Numbered from the whole stretch's first letter, positions 1 through 9,576 are shown. The stretch: DNA of 61,931 bases, filler included, from 6 parts of 6 records of this genome joined end to end with filler, not necessarily neighbours in it; one strand, 5' to 3'. Notes: a model not told the origin generated them from the sequence alone. Numbers and translations: made by a program.

Positions 1-771
1 AAAAGCTTTTTTCTCATCAACATGTACTTTATCAAGATATTCAACATTAAGTCTTTCAGTTTTTTTTATTGGTTTTTGTATGTAAAAACCTTGAGCCATA
101 TCACAACCTATTTTTCTGCAAGTTAATAGCTCCTCCTTCGTTTCAAGTCCGTGTGCAACGATTAATCCTCCTAAAGTGTGCACTAAATTGATTATACTTG
201 AAGTAAAAAACTGTTTTTTAATATCATCATTTATGTTTTGAAGAAATAATCGATCTATTTTGATTATATCTGGTTCAAGAAGAAATAGTTTTTCCATATT
301 AGAGAAACCACTTCCAAAATCATTTATTCCTATAGAGTAACCAAGCTCCTTATATTTATTAAGAATTTTTTTTACATGTGAAAACTCCTCGATTCTATGA
401 AATTTAGAGATTTCAAAACAGATATTTTCCCTATTAATCATATATTTTTCTACAATTTTGTTAATTTCACTATAGGAATACTCAGGCATTTCAAGAACTC
501 TATTGTCTAAATTATAGAAAAACCTAGCATTTTTGTATGAATCAATAGTTGTATATTTATAAATTGCCTTTTCAAAGAGTACTAAATCCAATTTATGAAG
601 TATATTTTTATCATGAGCATAGTCAAATACATCACTTATATCTTTGAAGCCTTTTTTCTCAAAATTACGTAAAAGTGCTTCGTAGCCATAAACAATACCT
701 GTATTAATGTTAATAACAGGTTGAAATGCAAAATCAAAGTTAGAAACAATTTTTTTAATTTTATCGCTCAT
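1..771 (-). CDS. EAL (c-di-GMP phosphodiesterase-like) domain protein with degenerate active site; 3' end runs off the window
   Basis: Not in the ORF track. Manual translation from ATG at 771: MSDKIKKIVSNFDFAFQPVININTGIVYGYEALLR...FFYNLDNRVL...ICFEISK...IGINDFGSGFS...IIKIDR...IVAHGLET...GCDMAQGFYIQKP. Confidence 0.9.
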   Translation of the reverse strand, partial: MSDKIKKIVSNFDFAFQPVININTGIVYGYEALLRNFEKKGFKDISDVFDYAHDKNILHKLDLVLFEKAIYKYTTIDSYKNARFFYNLDNRVLEMPEYSYSEINKIVEKYMINRENICFEISKFHRIEEFSHVKKILNKYKELGYSIGINDFGSGFSNMEKLFLLEPDIIKIDRLFLQNINDDIKKQFFTSSIINLVHTLGGLIVAHGLETKEELLTCRKIGCDMAQGFYIQKPIKKTERLNVEYLDKVHVDEKKAF

Positions 772-984
772 AAATATCTTTCCCTTCATATGTTGACATA
801 TTATCTATATAATATCACGTTTGTAATGAAAATGAAATCGCTATAAAGTAAAAAAACTGTAAATAATATAATGGATTAATTTACATATAATTAAACTATT
901 TAAAATTAACCAATTTAGTAGTATAATTGATAAAAGAAATAGTTTTTAAATAATTTTAAGCGAAAAATTTGTAGGGTGAGGGAA

Positions 985-2552
985 ATGGAACTAATAAAAA
1001 AACTAAAAAAAGAATTATAAATAGAAATGTTTCTTCTGATTTTAGGGAGCTTGATTTGTATTCTTATCTGGATAATATATCGTTCTTAATCTCTGAGCAG
1101 CTTAACAGAACAGGGATTAATTTGGTTTTTGATATAGATAAATCAATTTCTAGATATATAATTATGGATACTGAAAAGCTAAAAAAGGTACTATTTATGG
1201 TACTAAATAAGATTATTGAAGCCAATTTATTCAAAGATATAGTTGTAGAGATTAGATCAAAAAGTGGTAAACTAGTTTTTTCAATTTATGAATATAATTT
1301 AACTATAAATAAAAATATGCTAAATAAGCTGATTGAAGATATGGATAGAGAGGATCTTAAATATATTCCCCACATAAAAAAGGTTTATGATGAAAAATAT
1401 ACAGTTCAGTTTCAAATGAAGTTTGAGGAGAGAAAAACGGAAGAGTTTAGCTTTGAAAATGATATAATATTATTATCATTAATGGGAGATAAAATATTCA
1501 GTGTTTATTTCAGAAATTTCATAGAGGAATTAGAGTGTGAAGCTGATGAATTAATAAACATAACTGAGCTTAGAGAGTTAACAAGCAATCTTGAAAAGAT
1601 CTCTAAGTATAATTATATTATTATTTCAGATGAATACTTTGATGAGCTAAATTGGGATATTTTTAGTAATATTCAAGAAGATTACTTATTAAGAGAAAAG
1701 GTTATTGTTCTTAATTTTGATGCACAGAAATTACAAGCAATAAAATCATTTAAGCTTAATTATATTGAAGCAAATCCATTCTCCAAGTATAACCTTTATA
1801 ATAACATTATGATGTATCATAAGAAAGTTAATGATCGTATGGAGGAGAGGAAAAACAAGAGAGTTTTAATTGTTGAAGATAATGAGGTAAATGCGGAGGT
1901 TTTCACTGAATATCTAAAACTATGTTATTTAAAGGGAGAGGTAGCGTATACAGGTGGAGAAGCACTACAAAAATTAAAAGAGAGTCATTTTGACTTGATA
2001 TTTACTGATATTCAACTACCTGACATTGATGGTTTCGAAATAGCTAGACAGATTCGGGCAGAAAATAAATTTATACCGATAATAGCTGTGACAATTCAAC
2101 TATATTCAGGATATGAAGAGGATTATTCCAATGCAGGAATTGATGATTATATAGCAAAGCCAGTTATTTTTGAGGATTTACAAAAAATGTTGTTTAAATA
2201 TTTAAATTTGGGAAGTGTAGATTTTGATCTGGTAAAAAGAGAATATGGGGATAAAATTTTTGAAGTCCTCGTAAAAAACCACCTTAAATTTATTGATCAG
2301 TATATGGCAGAGTTTAAAAAAACTTTGGAAGATGGTGATATTGAGGCGATTAAAAAAAGTGCTCATAAAATGAAGGGAAGTATTAGTAATTTTAAGATGA
2401 ACAAAATGTTAAGACTGCTTAATGAGCTCATTTATTCGGAAATTGAGTTATCTGAGATGCTAAAGATGGCAGATTTAATCACAAAAGAGGTGGAAAATCT
2501 CAATAAAGAGTTGAGAGAATTTGTAAGTGAAGCGAATATTGATTTGACTTAA
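985..2552 (+). CDS. Hybrid-kinase-like phosphorelay protein: degenerate HATPase, pseudo-receiver, receiver and Hpt. Probable frameshift in the A-run near 1005-1011
   Basis: REC: RVLIVEDN...DLIFTDIQLPDIDG...YIAKP. Hpt: SAHKMKGSISN. RBS GAGG precedes ATG at 985; that frame stops at 1020, while the 1056 frame is open from about 975 with no upstream start. Confidence 0.8.
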
Positions 2553-2625
2553 AATTATTCGCAACTAGAATCGAATATAAAAATTCATCAAATTGATATG
2601 TAAGTAAATAGAAGGAGGAGTTTTT

Positions 2626-2832
2626 ATGTTAGCAAAATCAGTCGAAGTATTTAATAAGGCGAGTAATGAGAAGTTTCTAGAGTTTAAGTTGGGAGTAGAT
2701 AATGTAGTTCAGATAACTGTTGAACCTGATTTAATCAGAGTGACTTTTGAAACTGAGGAAGAGCAGATAACAAAATGTTATATGGGCTTTAGCTATATTT
2801 TCGAAGAAAAGGAAAATATAGAAATTTGGTAG
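2626..2832 (+). CDS. Small hypothetical protein (68 aa)
   Basis: Strong RBS AAGGAGGAG, followed by a terminator. Confidence 0.75.
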   Translation: MLAKSVEVFNKASNEKFLEFKLGVDNVVQITVEPDLIRVTFETEEEQITKCYMGFSYIFEEKENIEIW

Positions 2833-2841
2833 AATAAATAC

Positions 2842-2897
2842 AATAAATAAAATAAGAGCTTATGTGTAGCTGCACATAAGCTCTTATTTTATTTATT
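2842..2897. terminator. Bidirectional intrinsic terminator
   Basis: Perfect 25-bp inverted repeat AATAAATAAAATAAGAGCTTATGTG / CACATAAGCTCTTATTTTATTTATT between convergent genes. Confidence 0.85.
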
Positions 2898-2922
2898 TAG
2901 GGATATTATAAAAAATTCTTTC

Positions 2923-3783
2923 TTAGGTTGTTTGTGGAGCTTTTTTCTTATTAGCTACATACGAGTAGAATGCCGATGAAAATACTATGATATAGCCAAT
3001 AATACTAACTTTATCAGGCACTGCGCCAAACATTACAACACTAAAGATAGCTGAGAATACAACGCCTGCATATCCAAATATTGAAACCTCTTTGGCAGGT
3101 GCAAATTTATAAGCATATGTTACCCCAATTTGCCCTCCTGTTGCTCCTACTCCAGCCAAAAATGCATAAATAAATTGTGTCGGAGTCATGCTTTGGTATG
3201 TTAGTGCAACCATAGGAATTAATGCAAGAGTATTAAATGTTGCGAAATAAAAAACAGTGACCTCTGGGGCTTCTCTTGAGCCTAAGACTCTGAGGACAGT
3301 ATAGGATAATGCTGCCATGGAAGCTCCTGCAACTGCAATTAAATAGGGTATAACTCTAACGGAGAAAGCTGGTTTGATGATAAAAACTACTCCAATAAAT
3401 GCAATTATGATTGTAACCATTTGAGTAAAATTAATCTTTTCTCCTAAGAATATCCAGCAGAAAATAATAAGAAAAATGGTACTTAATCTAAATATTACAC
3501 TTGAATCGGATAATATCAACCTATCAACAGCTGTATAATTTAATACGATACCTATAGTTCCCAAAGCTGATCTTAGTAGTAGTAGTTTGTGATGTTCTAT
3601 ATTTTTTAGTTTTAGGTTACTTTTTTTTAGCATAAAAAATGAAAATATCATTATAGCCAAAGATCTAATAGCTGATTTTTGAAAGACAGGTATATCTCCC
3701 GAAGCTTTTACAAATACTGCCATCAATGTGAAGGAAAAAGCTGATAGCAGCATAGCAATTATTCCTTTTTGTTTATCGTTCAT
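2923..3783 (-). CDS. DMT/EamA family transporter
   Basis: About 10 TM helices with a duplicated EamA pattern (LLLRSALGT..., FLGEK, AYKFAPA). Confidence 0.9.
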   Translation of the reverse strand: MNDKQKGIIAMLLSAFSFTLMAVFVKASGDIPVFQKSAIRSLAIMIFSFFMLKKSNLKLKNIEHHKLLLLRSALGTIGIVLNYTAVDRLILSDSSVIFRLSTIFLIIFCWIFLGEKINFTQMVTIIIAFIGVVFIIKPAFSVRVIPYLIAVAGASMAALSYTVLRVLGSREAPEVTVFYFATFNTLALIPMVALTYQSMTPTQFIYAFLAGVGATGGQIGVTYAYKFAPAKEVSIFGYAGVVFSAIFSVVMFGAVPDKVSIIGYIIVFSSAFYSYVANKKKAPQTT

Positions 3784-4287
3784 TTTATCTCCTTTATTTC
3801 AAGTGTTTTTTAAGTGAAAATAGTAAACTAATATAGTTATAACAATATTATTAACAAATAAAGTTTACTCTGACAAATTGAATTAAGTAGAATCCTTTTT
3901 TTAAAATGACAAAACTATAAAAACTAGAATTTTTTTAGAAAGTTTAAATCAAATGTTGAGTAAATAATACTTTTGTGATTATAACAAAAAAAGTATACTC
4001 CTTAATTATTTGGTGATTATAACATTCAAATCACTATTTGTAAATTAAAATTTTGACTCATTTAGGTCAATAAAATAAGAAGAAATAAATAAAATTAATA
4101 AACAATTCATTTATCCTTATAAAAATTATAAACTTTTCCTTGGAAAATTTTTTAACATATGATAGAATACTAATATTAACTTTTTTTAAAGAGATAGGTG
4201 TTATATAAGTTTTTGTCATATGATGATTTAGACTTTGAAGTAATAAAGAGGTTATACTGAATAGCAATTTATAACAGGAGGTGAATA

Positions 4288-4668
4288 ATGGGAAGACCAA
4301 TTAAACCAAGAACAATTGATTTTATTCCTAAAAATAAAGTCTTTGCTCCTACAGATGTAGATCAAGGTAAAGAACCAATTGAATTGAAGCTTGAAGAGGT
4401 TGAAGCGATGAGACTTAAGGATATTGAAAAACTTTCTCAAGAAGATGCAGCAAAATTAATGAATGTTTCTAGACAAACATATCAACTAATCATTGAGAGT
4501 GCTAGAGAAAAAGTATCAACTAGCTTGATTTACGGAAACCCACTACACATCAAAGGTGGTAATTATGTCCTACAAAAATGTAAAAGATGTAATGAAGTTA
4601 GAGATGAGTATGTATGTCCAAAAGAGCTTGGAAGTTGTAGAAAAAGACTTGGAAAATTCTTTGTTTAA
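4288..4668 (+). CDS. DUF134 family HTH protein with C-terminal Cys motif
   Basis: MGRP.KPR...EEVEAMRLKD...QEDAAKLMNVSRQT...AREK...IKGGNY; RBS AGGAGG. Confidence 0.9.
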   Translation: MGRPIKPRTIDFIPKNKVFAPTDVDQGKEPIELKLEEVEAMRLKDIEKLSQEDAAKLMNVSRQTYQLIIESAREKVSTSLIYGNPLHIKGGNYVLQKCKRCNEVRDEYVCPKELGSCRKRLGKFFV

Positions 4669-4728
4669 AATATAAAGGTGTTTTAAATTTAAAGAATAAA
4701 TGTTAATGAATTTTAGAGTAGTTTTTAA

Positions 4729-4770
4729 AAAAAGAGAAAAAATCTTTATAAAAGGATTTTTTCTCTTTTT
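4729..4770. terminator. Bidirectional terminator
   Basis: Inverted repeat AAAAAGAGAAAAAATCTTT / AAGGATTTTTTCTCTTTTT between convergent genes. Confidence 0.75.
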
Positions 4771-4789
4771 CTATTATTTAAAACTTCCT

Positions 4790-5503
4790 CTAATCTTCTA
4801 ATTCTTTCTTTTTCATCTCAAGTAATTTAGTTTTATTAAAACTAGCTTCTGCATCTTTGAAACTTTTGCTATAGACGCTATTTAGCTCATCATTTATAAT
4901 ATCCAGGATAACAACACCAAAACTACGCATAGCAGTCTCTATACCTCCAGTGATAGCTAATTTTCTTACCCAATATAGAGGATTTGCAATATTATAAATC
5001 ATCCATCCATTTTTTATAATATCAACTATTTTATATTTAGACAAACTTTTAATAAATTTTTTCTCTTTAATATTATTTTTTAGATCGTTCAAATAAAGGA
5101 TTTGTGATATACGAAGTTCTTTTAATAACACAAATCTTTTACGATTAAGTTGCTCAAGCAATCTCTCTGAAATATGTATATTTAAAAGTAGTGTTTCCTC
5201 AATAGTTAGTTCATATTTTGGATATTTTGAATTTGGAAAATACGTCTTCGGTATAAATTCAGATATTTCAGTTATCCCTTCCTTTATTTTATCTAGATTA
5301 GAGTTGAAACCAACTCCTTTATTTTTTAAAACTGCTTCTTTCTTTTCGCTTAACAAAGTACTTATTGCATCTTTATCTATATTTACTCTCTCAGCTTCCT
5401 CTTTTTTAATCATAATATTTTGCTGTCTCTTAACATATAAAATGAATAGAAATCCAATGAAAATTGTAAAAGTAATCCCTAAAGTAAATCCAAGAAAAAA
5501 CAT
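4790..5503 (-). CDS. Hypothetical protein with N-terminal membrane anchor
   Basis: 237-aa ORF, hydrophobic N-terminus, RBS AGGAGG. Confidence 0.75.
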   Translation of the reverse strand: MFFLGFTLGITFTIFIGFLFILYVKRQQNIMIKKEEAERVNIDKDAISTLLSEKKEAVLKNKGVGFNSNLDKIKEGITEISEFIPKTYFPNSKYPKYELTIEETLLLNIHISERLLEQLNRKRFVLLKELRISQILYLNDLKNNIKEKKFIKSLSKYKIVDIIKNGWMIYNIANPLYWVRKLAITGGIETAMRSFGVVILDIINDELNSVYSKSFKDAEASFNKTKLLEMKKKELED

Positions 5504-5701
5504 TATATCCCTCCTAGCAAAAGCTTTTCTTCCATTTGATTATAGCATATTTATAGCTTAAACTAGTAAAACTTTAATATTATGGATTAAAATTCAATAG
5601 AACTTTAAATATAAATATGATAAACTTTAAGTATAAAATAATTGTGCAAGTATTTATAGAAATATATGAGTAAACTATCACAAATAGAAGGAGTGAATTA
5701 A

Positions 5702-6169
5702 ATGATTTACGGAAACATTAATTATCTAGCAGATGAGAGCCACTACCCAAAGAAAGTTTATGAAGTTTTGAAATTAATGAAAGAATATAATTATGATGAA
5801 ATGGAAGATCAAGTATTTGAAGTAGAGGGTAGAGATGTATTTATGACATTAACTAGCGCTAAAACTCAAGTGGTTGAAGAGAGAAGACCTGAAACGCATA
5901 AAAAATATTTAGATATTCAACTAATAATAGAGGGGAAAGAGAAAATAGGAACAGCAGTTTTAACAGAAAAAGCTGTAACGAGTGTAGAATATAATCCTGA
6001 AACAGACTTAGAGTTTTATTTAAGTGTTGAAAATGAAACTTTAGTTTCATTAAAAGCAGGTGATTTTTTAGTTTTATTCCCAGAGGATATTCATAGACCT
6101 CTATGTGCCAATGATGAACCATCAGATGTAAGAAAAATTATAGCTAAAATTGCAGTAGATGTATTATAG
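5702..6169 (+). CDS. YhcH/YjgK/YiaL family protein
   Basis: ETHKKYLDIQ...GKEKIG...FPEDIHRP...RKIIAKI motifs. Confidence 0.92.
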   Translation: MIYGNINYLADESHYPKKVYEVLKLMKEYNYDEMEDQVFEVEGRDVFMTLTSAKTQVVEERRPETHKKYLDIQLIIEGKEKIGTAVLTEKAVTSVEYNPETDLEFYLSVENETLVSLKAGDFLVLFPEDIHRPLCANDEPSDVRKIIAKIAVDVL

Positions 6170-6185
6170 TTTGAATTTGATATCG

Positions 6186-6220
6186 CGGCTTCCTAATAAA
6201 AATTTAGGGAGCTGTTTTTT
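6186..6220 (+). terminator. Intrinsic terminator
   Basis: GCGGCTTCCTAA / TTAGGGAGCTGT stem followed by a T-run. Confidence 0.75.
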
Positions 6221-6399
6221 ATACAACTCATAAACTTGTCTATATTAATTAAATATGTTAATATTTTATGATTGGAAATTTCGAGCAAGTTTTGTACTGT
6301 TAATATAGGGCAACTTGTGAATTAAACCTACCTCTTACATTTTACATGTAAATGTATTATGATAAAAGAGAAATAAGTTAAAGAGAGTGAGATAAAAAT

Positions 6400-7704
6400 A
6401 TGAAAATATTATACTATGATTGTTTTTGCGGTATTAGCGGAGATATGAATTTAGGGGCAATGATTGACTTAGGGGTAGATGAAAACTATCTAAAATCAGA
6501 GTTAAAAAAACTTAATATTAATGAAGAGTTTGAACTGAAAATTGAGAAAAAACTAAAAATGGGAATAAGTGGAACAAAGGTAACAGTTGTTTTAAAAGAA
6601 AAACATAAACATTCGCATGAACATAAACACGAGCATAAGCATTCACAAGAACACAGTCATGGCGATCATCACCATACTCATTCACACAAGACTGACCATT
6701 CGCATAAGCATCACCACCACCATGAACATAGAAATCTATCTGTAATAGAAAATATGATTAATTCAAGTAACTTAAGAGTTGAAGTTAAAGAGCTTGCTAT
6801 TAAGATGTTTATGGAAGTAGCTAAAGCTGAAGCGAAAGTACATGGTAAGTCAATAGATGAAGTTCACTTTCATGAAGTTGGAGCAACAGATTCAATAGTA
6901 GATTTAGTAGGAGCAGCAATCTGTTTTGATTATCTGAAAGTTGACAGGGTAATGGCGTCAACAGTTCAATTAGGTGGAGGTTTTGTAAACTGTGCACATG
7001 GAAAGATACCTGTACCAGCTCCTGCAACAGTTGAAATACTTCACGGTATACCTGTAAAAACTGGTTTAGTTGATTCTGAGAGCACGACACCAACAGGAGC
7101 GGCGATACTGTCAGCAAATGTAGATGAGTTCAGTGATAATATTAATTTTGAAATTGAGAAAACTGCATATGGTCTTGGGACAAAGGATTTTGAAATACCA
7201 AATGTTCTGAGAGTATACCTAGGTACAAGTGTAGAGAAAAAAATAGATGATACTGTCAGCAAAATTGAGAGAGCTAAACAATATATAATTGAAACCAATA
7301 TTGATGATATGAATCCTGAACTTTATAGTTACATAGAGGATAAATTATTAAAAGTTGGAGCAAGAGATGTATATAAAACACCAATTATTATGAAAAAAGG
7401 TAGATCTGCGCTTAAACTAACAGTTCTTTATTCGTTGGAGAATGAAGAGAATATAATGGATATAATATTTATGGAGACTACCTCTATTGGATTTAGAAAA
7501 TATGAAGTTGAGAAAGTCGTTTTAAATAGAGAAATAATAGAGATTGATACTAAATACGGAAAAATAAATGTAAAAAAATCAAGCTATAAAGATATAGTAA
7601 AATATAAAGCAGAATATGAGGATTGCCAAAAAGCTGCCAAAGAATATAATGTATCGATCAGAGAAATATACAATGAAGCACAAAAGACAATAAATTCTTT
7701 GTAA
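6400..7704 (+). CDS. larC: Nickel pincer cofactor biosynthesis nickel insertase LarC
   Basis: DCFCGISGDM, His-rich insert, EAKVHG...HFHEVGATDSIVD, ETNIDDM, MKKGR, KAEYEDC. Confidence 0.96.
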   Translation: MKILYYDCFCGISGDMNLGAMIDLGVDENYLKSELKKLNINEEFELKIEKKLKMGISGTKVTVVLKEKHKHSHEHKHEHKHSQEHSHGDHHHTHSHKTDHSHKHHHHHEHRNLSVIENMINSSNLRVEVKELAIKMFMEVAKAEAKVHGKSIDEVHFHEVGATDSIVDLVGAAICFDYLKVDRVMASTVQLGGGFVNCAHGKIPVPAPATVEILHGIPVKTGLVDSESTTPTGAAILSANVDEFSDNINFEIEKTAYGLGTKDFEIPNVLRVYLGTSVEKKIDDTVSKIERAKQYIIETNIDDMNPELYSYIEDKLLKVGARDVYKTPIIMKKGRSALKLTVLYSLENEENIMDIIFMETTSIGFRKYEVEKVVLNREIIEIDTKYGKINVKKSSYKDIVKYKAEYEDCQKAAKEYNVSIREIYNEAQKTINSL

Positions 7705-7771
7705 AAAGGATCAAATAAAAAGGGCGTTATTTATAACGCCCGTACATATGATTAGAGAGTGAGTTATTGAG

Positions 7772-8587
7772 ATGTTAATTAGTGAAAAATATGAAAAATT
7801 AGTAAATTATCTAAAAAGTTTAGAAAGTGTTGTAGTGGCATTTTCAGGTGGAGTTGATAGTACATTTTTACTTAACGTTGCAAAAGAAGTGCTGGGAGAT
7901 AGGGTGTTAGCGGTAACAATAGCATCTCCATATATCCCAAGGTGGGAGATAGAGGAAGCGAAGGAGATTTGCTCTAAATATAGTGTGGAACATGATATTA
8001 TCGAAGCAGGAATAGCACCAGAAATTCATAATAACCCATCTAACAGATGTTACTTATGTAAAAAGGTCCTATTTACTGCTATAAAGGAGTTAGCAGAACA
8101 TGGCGGGTATAAACATGTGATAGATGGCTCAAATATGGATGATCTGGGTGACTATAGACCTGGTATGAAAGCGTTGAAAGAGTTAGAGATAATAAGTCCA
8201 ATGCTTGTAGCAAAACTTACAAAAGCTGACATAAGAGAGCTGTCAAAAGAGAAAGGATTGCCAACTTGGGATAAGCCGGCATATGCATGTCTTTTAACTA
8301 GAATTCCTTATGATACGGAGTTAAAGGCAGCAGATTTTAGACTAATAGAGAAAGCTGAAAAATATATGATGAACCTGGGTTTCAAAGCTGTAAGGGTAAG
8401 AAAACATGGAAAGCTCGCTAGAATAGAGGTTTCTCGAGAGAAACGAAAAGAGTTATTTGATGAAAAGTTATTCGATGAGATATCAGCTAAACTAAAAGAG
8501 TTTGGCTTTGAATATGTAACACTAGATATGCAAGGTTATAAGATGGGGAGCTTAAATGGCAAACTAAATGATCCAGCTAATAAATAA
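7772..8587 (+). CDS. larE: ATP-dependent sulfur transferase LarE
   Basis: PP-loop AFSGGVDS, RCYLCK, DYRPG, WDKPAYACLLTRIPY. Confidence 0.96.
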   Translation: MLISEKYEKLVNYLKSLESVVVAFSGGVDSTFLLNVAKEVLGDRVLAVTIASPYIPRWEIEEAKEICSKYSVEHDIIEAGIAPEIHNNPSNRCYLCKKVLFTAIKELAEHGGYKHVIDGSNMDDLGDYRPGMKALKELEIISPMLVAKLTKADIRELSKEKGLPTWDKPAYACLLTRIPYDTELKAADFRLIEKAEKYMMNLGFKAVRVRKHGKLARIEVSREKRKELFDEKLFDEISAKLKEFGFEYVTLDMQGYKMGSLNGKLNDPANK

Positions 8588-8612
8588 TTTGTTTTAGAAA
8601 TGGAAGTGAATA

Positions 8613-9359
8613 ATGAGAGCTGATGAGATAAGGAAGCTTCTGGAGGAAGTTAAAAATAATAAAGTAGATATAGACTCTGCAATGGATCAAATTAAGGATT
8701 TGCCATACAAAGACCTGGGGTTTGCTAAAGTAGATAATCACAGAGAGATGAGAGTGGGTTATCCCGAAGTTATCTACTGTGAAGGTAAAACCGTGGAGCA
8801 GGTAGTTTCAATAATAAAATTTATGCTCGAACGTAATGTTAATATACTGGCAACAAGGGCTAATCAAGATATAGCAAATGCAGTAATGGTCTTATGCCCA
8901 GATGCAAAATATAATAAATTAGGTAGAGTAGTGAGCATCAAAAGAGTTGAAACGGAAGAAAGGGATAGCTATATAGCTGTCGTATGTGCTGGAACATCAG
9001 ACCTACCTGTAGTTGAGGAAGCTGTAGAAACAGCAGAAATATTTGGGAATAGAGTGGAAAGGGTTACAGATGTAGGAGTAGCTGGGATCCATAGATTGTT
9101 CTCAAAAATGGATATAATAAAAAATGCAAAAGTGATTATAGTTGTAGCAGGTATGGAGGGAGCTCTAGCCAGTGTAGTTGGAGGTATGGTTGATAAGCCA
9201 ATTATCGCTGTACCAACTAGTGTAGGTTACGGAGCTAACTTTGGAGGTTTATCTGCATTACTTACTATGTTAAATAGTTGTGCCAGCGGTATCAGTGTAG
9301 TTAACATTGATAATGGTTTTGGTGCTGGATATAATGCAAGTATTATAAATAAGTTATAG
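8613..9359 (+). CDS. larB: NaAD carboxylase/hydrolase LarB
   Basis: PEVIYCEGKT, AGTSDLPV, DVGVAGIHRL, AGMEGAL, PTSVGYG, VVNIDNGFGA. Confidence 0.96.
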   Translation: MRADEIRKLLEEVKNNKVDIDSAMDQIKDLPYKDLGFAKVDNHREMRVGYPEVIYCEGKTVEQVVSIIKFMLERNVNILATRANQDIANAVMVLCPDAKYNKLGRVVSIKRVETEERDSYIAVVCAGTSDLPVVEEAVETAEIFGNRVERVTDVGVAGIHRLFSKMDIIKNAKVIIVVAGMEGALASVVGGMVDKPIIAVPTSVGYGANFGGLSALLTMLNSCASGISVVNIDNGFGAGYNASIINKL

Positions 9360-9374
9360 GATAAAGTGAGTATA

Positions 9375-9412
9375 ATGCAAGGGCGAGGTTTTCTCGCCCT
9401 TGTGTATTTTTT
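9375..9412 (+). terminator. Terminator after larB
   Basis: ATGCAAGGGCGAG-gtttt-CTCGCCCTTGTGT followed by ATTTTTT. Confidence 0.75.
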
Positions 9413-9476
9413 GATACCATAGTTTCGACCTATTTTGAATTTTAGATGAATGTGAGTGAAAATAAGGTTCATATTT

Positions 9477-9576
9477 NNNNNNNNNNNNNNNNNNNNNNNN
9501 NNNNNNNNNNNNNNNNNNNNTTAATTAATTAANNNNNNNNNNNNNNNNNNNNNNNNNNNNNNNNNNNNNNNNNNNN
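9477..9576. other. Artificial contig-joining linker
   Basis: N44-TTAATTAATTAA-N44 (stops in all six frames); composition changes across it. Confidence 0.98.

Noticed and set aside
1003..1020. A-AAA-AAA-G as a programmed -1 frameshift site
   Set aside because: Homopolymer indels are common across the window, so sequencing error is the simpler explanation; it cannot be excluded without reads
9521..9532. TTAATTAATTAA repeated five times as a biological repeat or att site
   Set aside because: It is always centred in N44 padding, so it is a synthetic six-frame-stop linker
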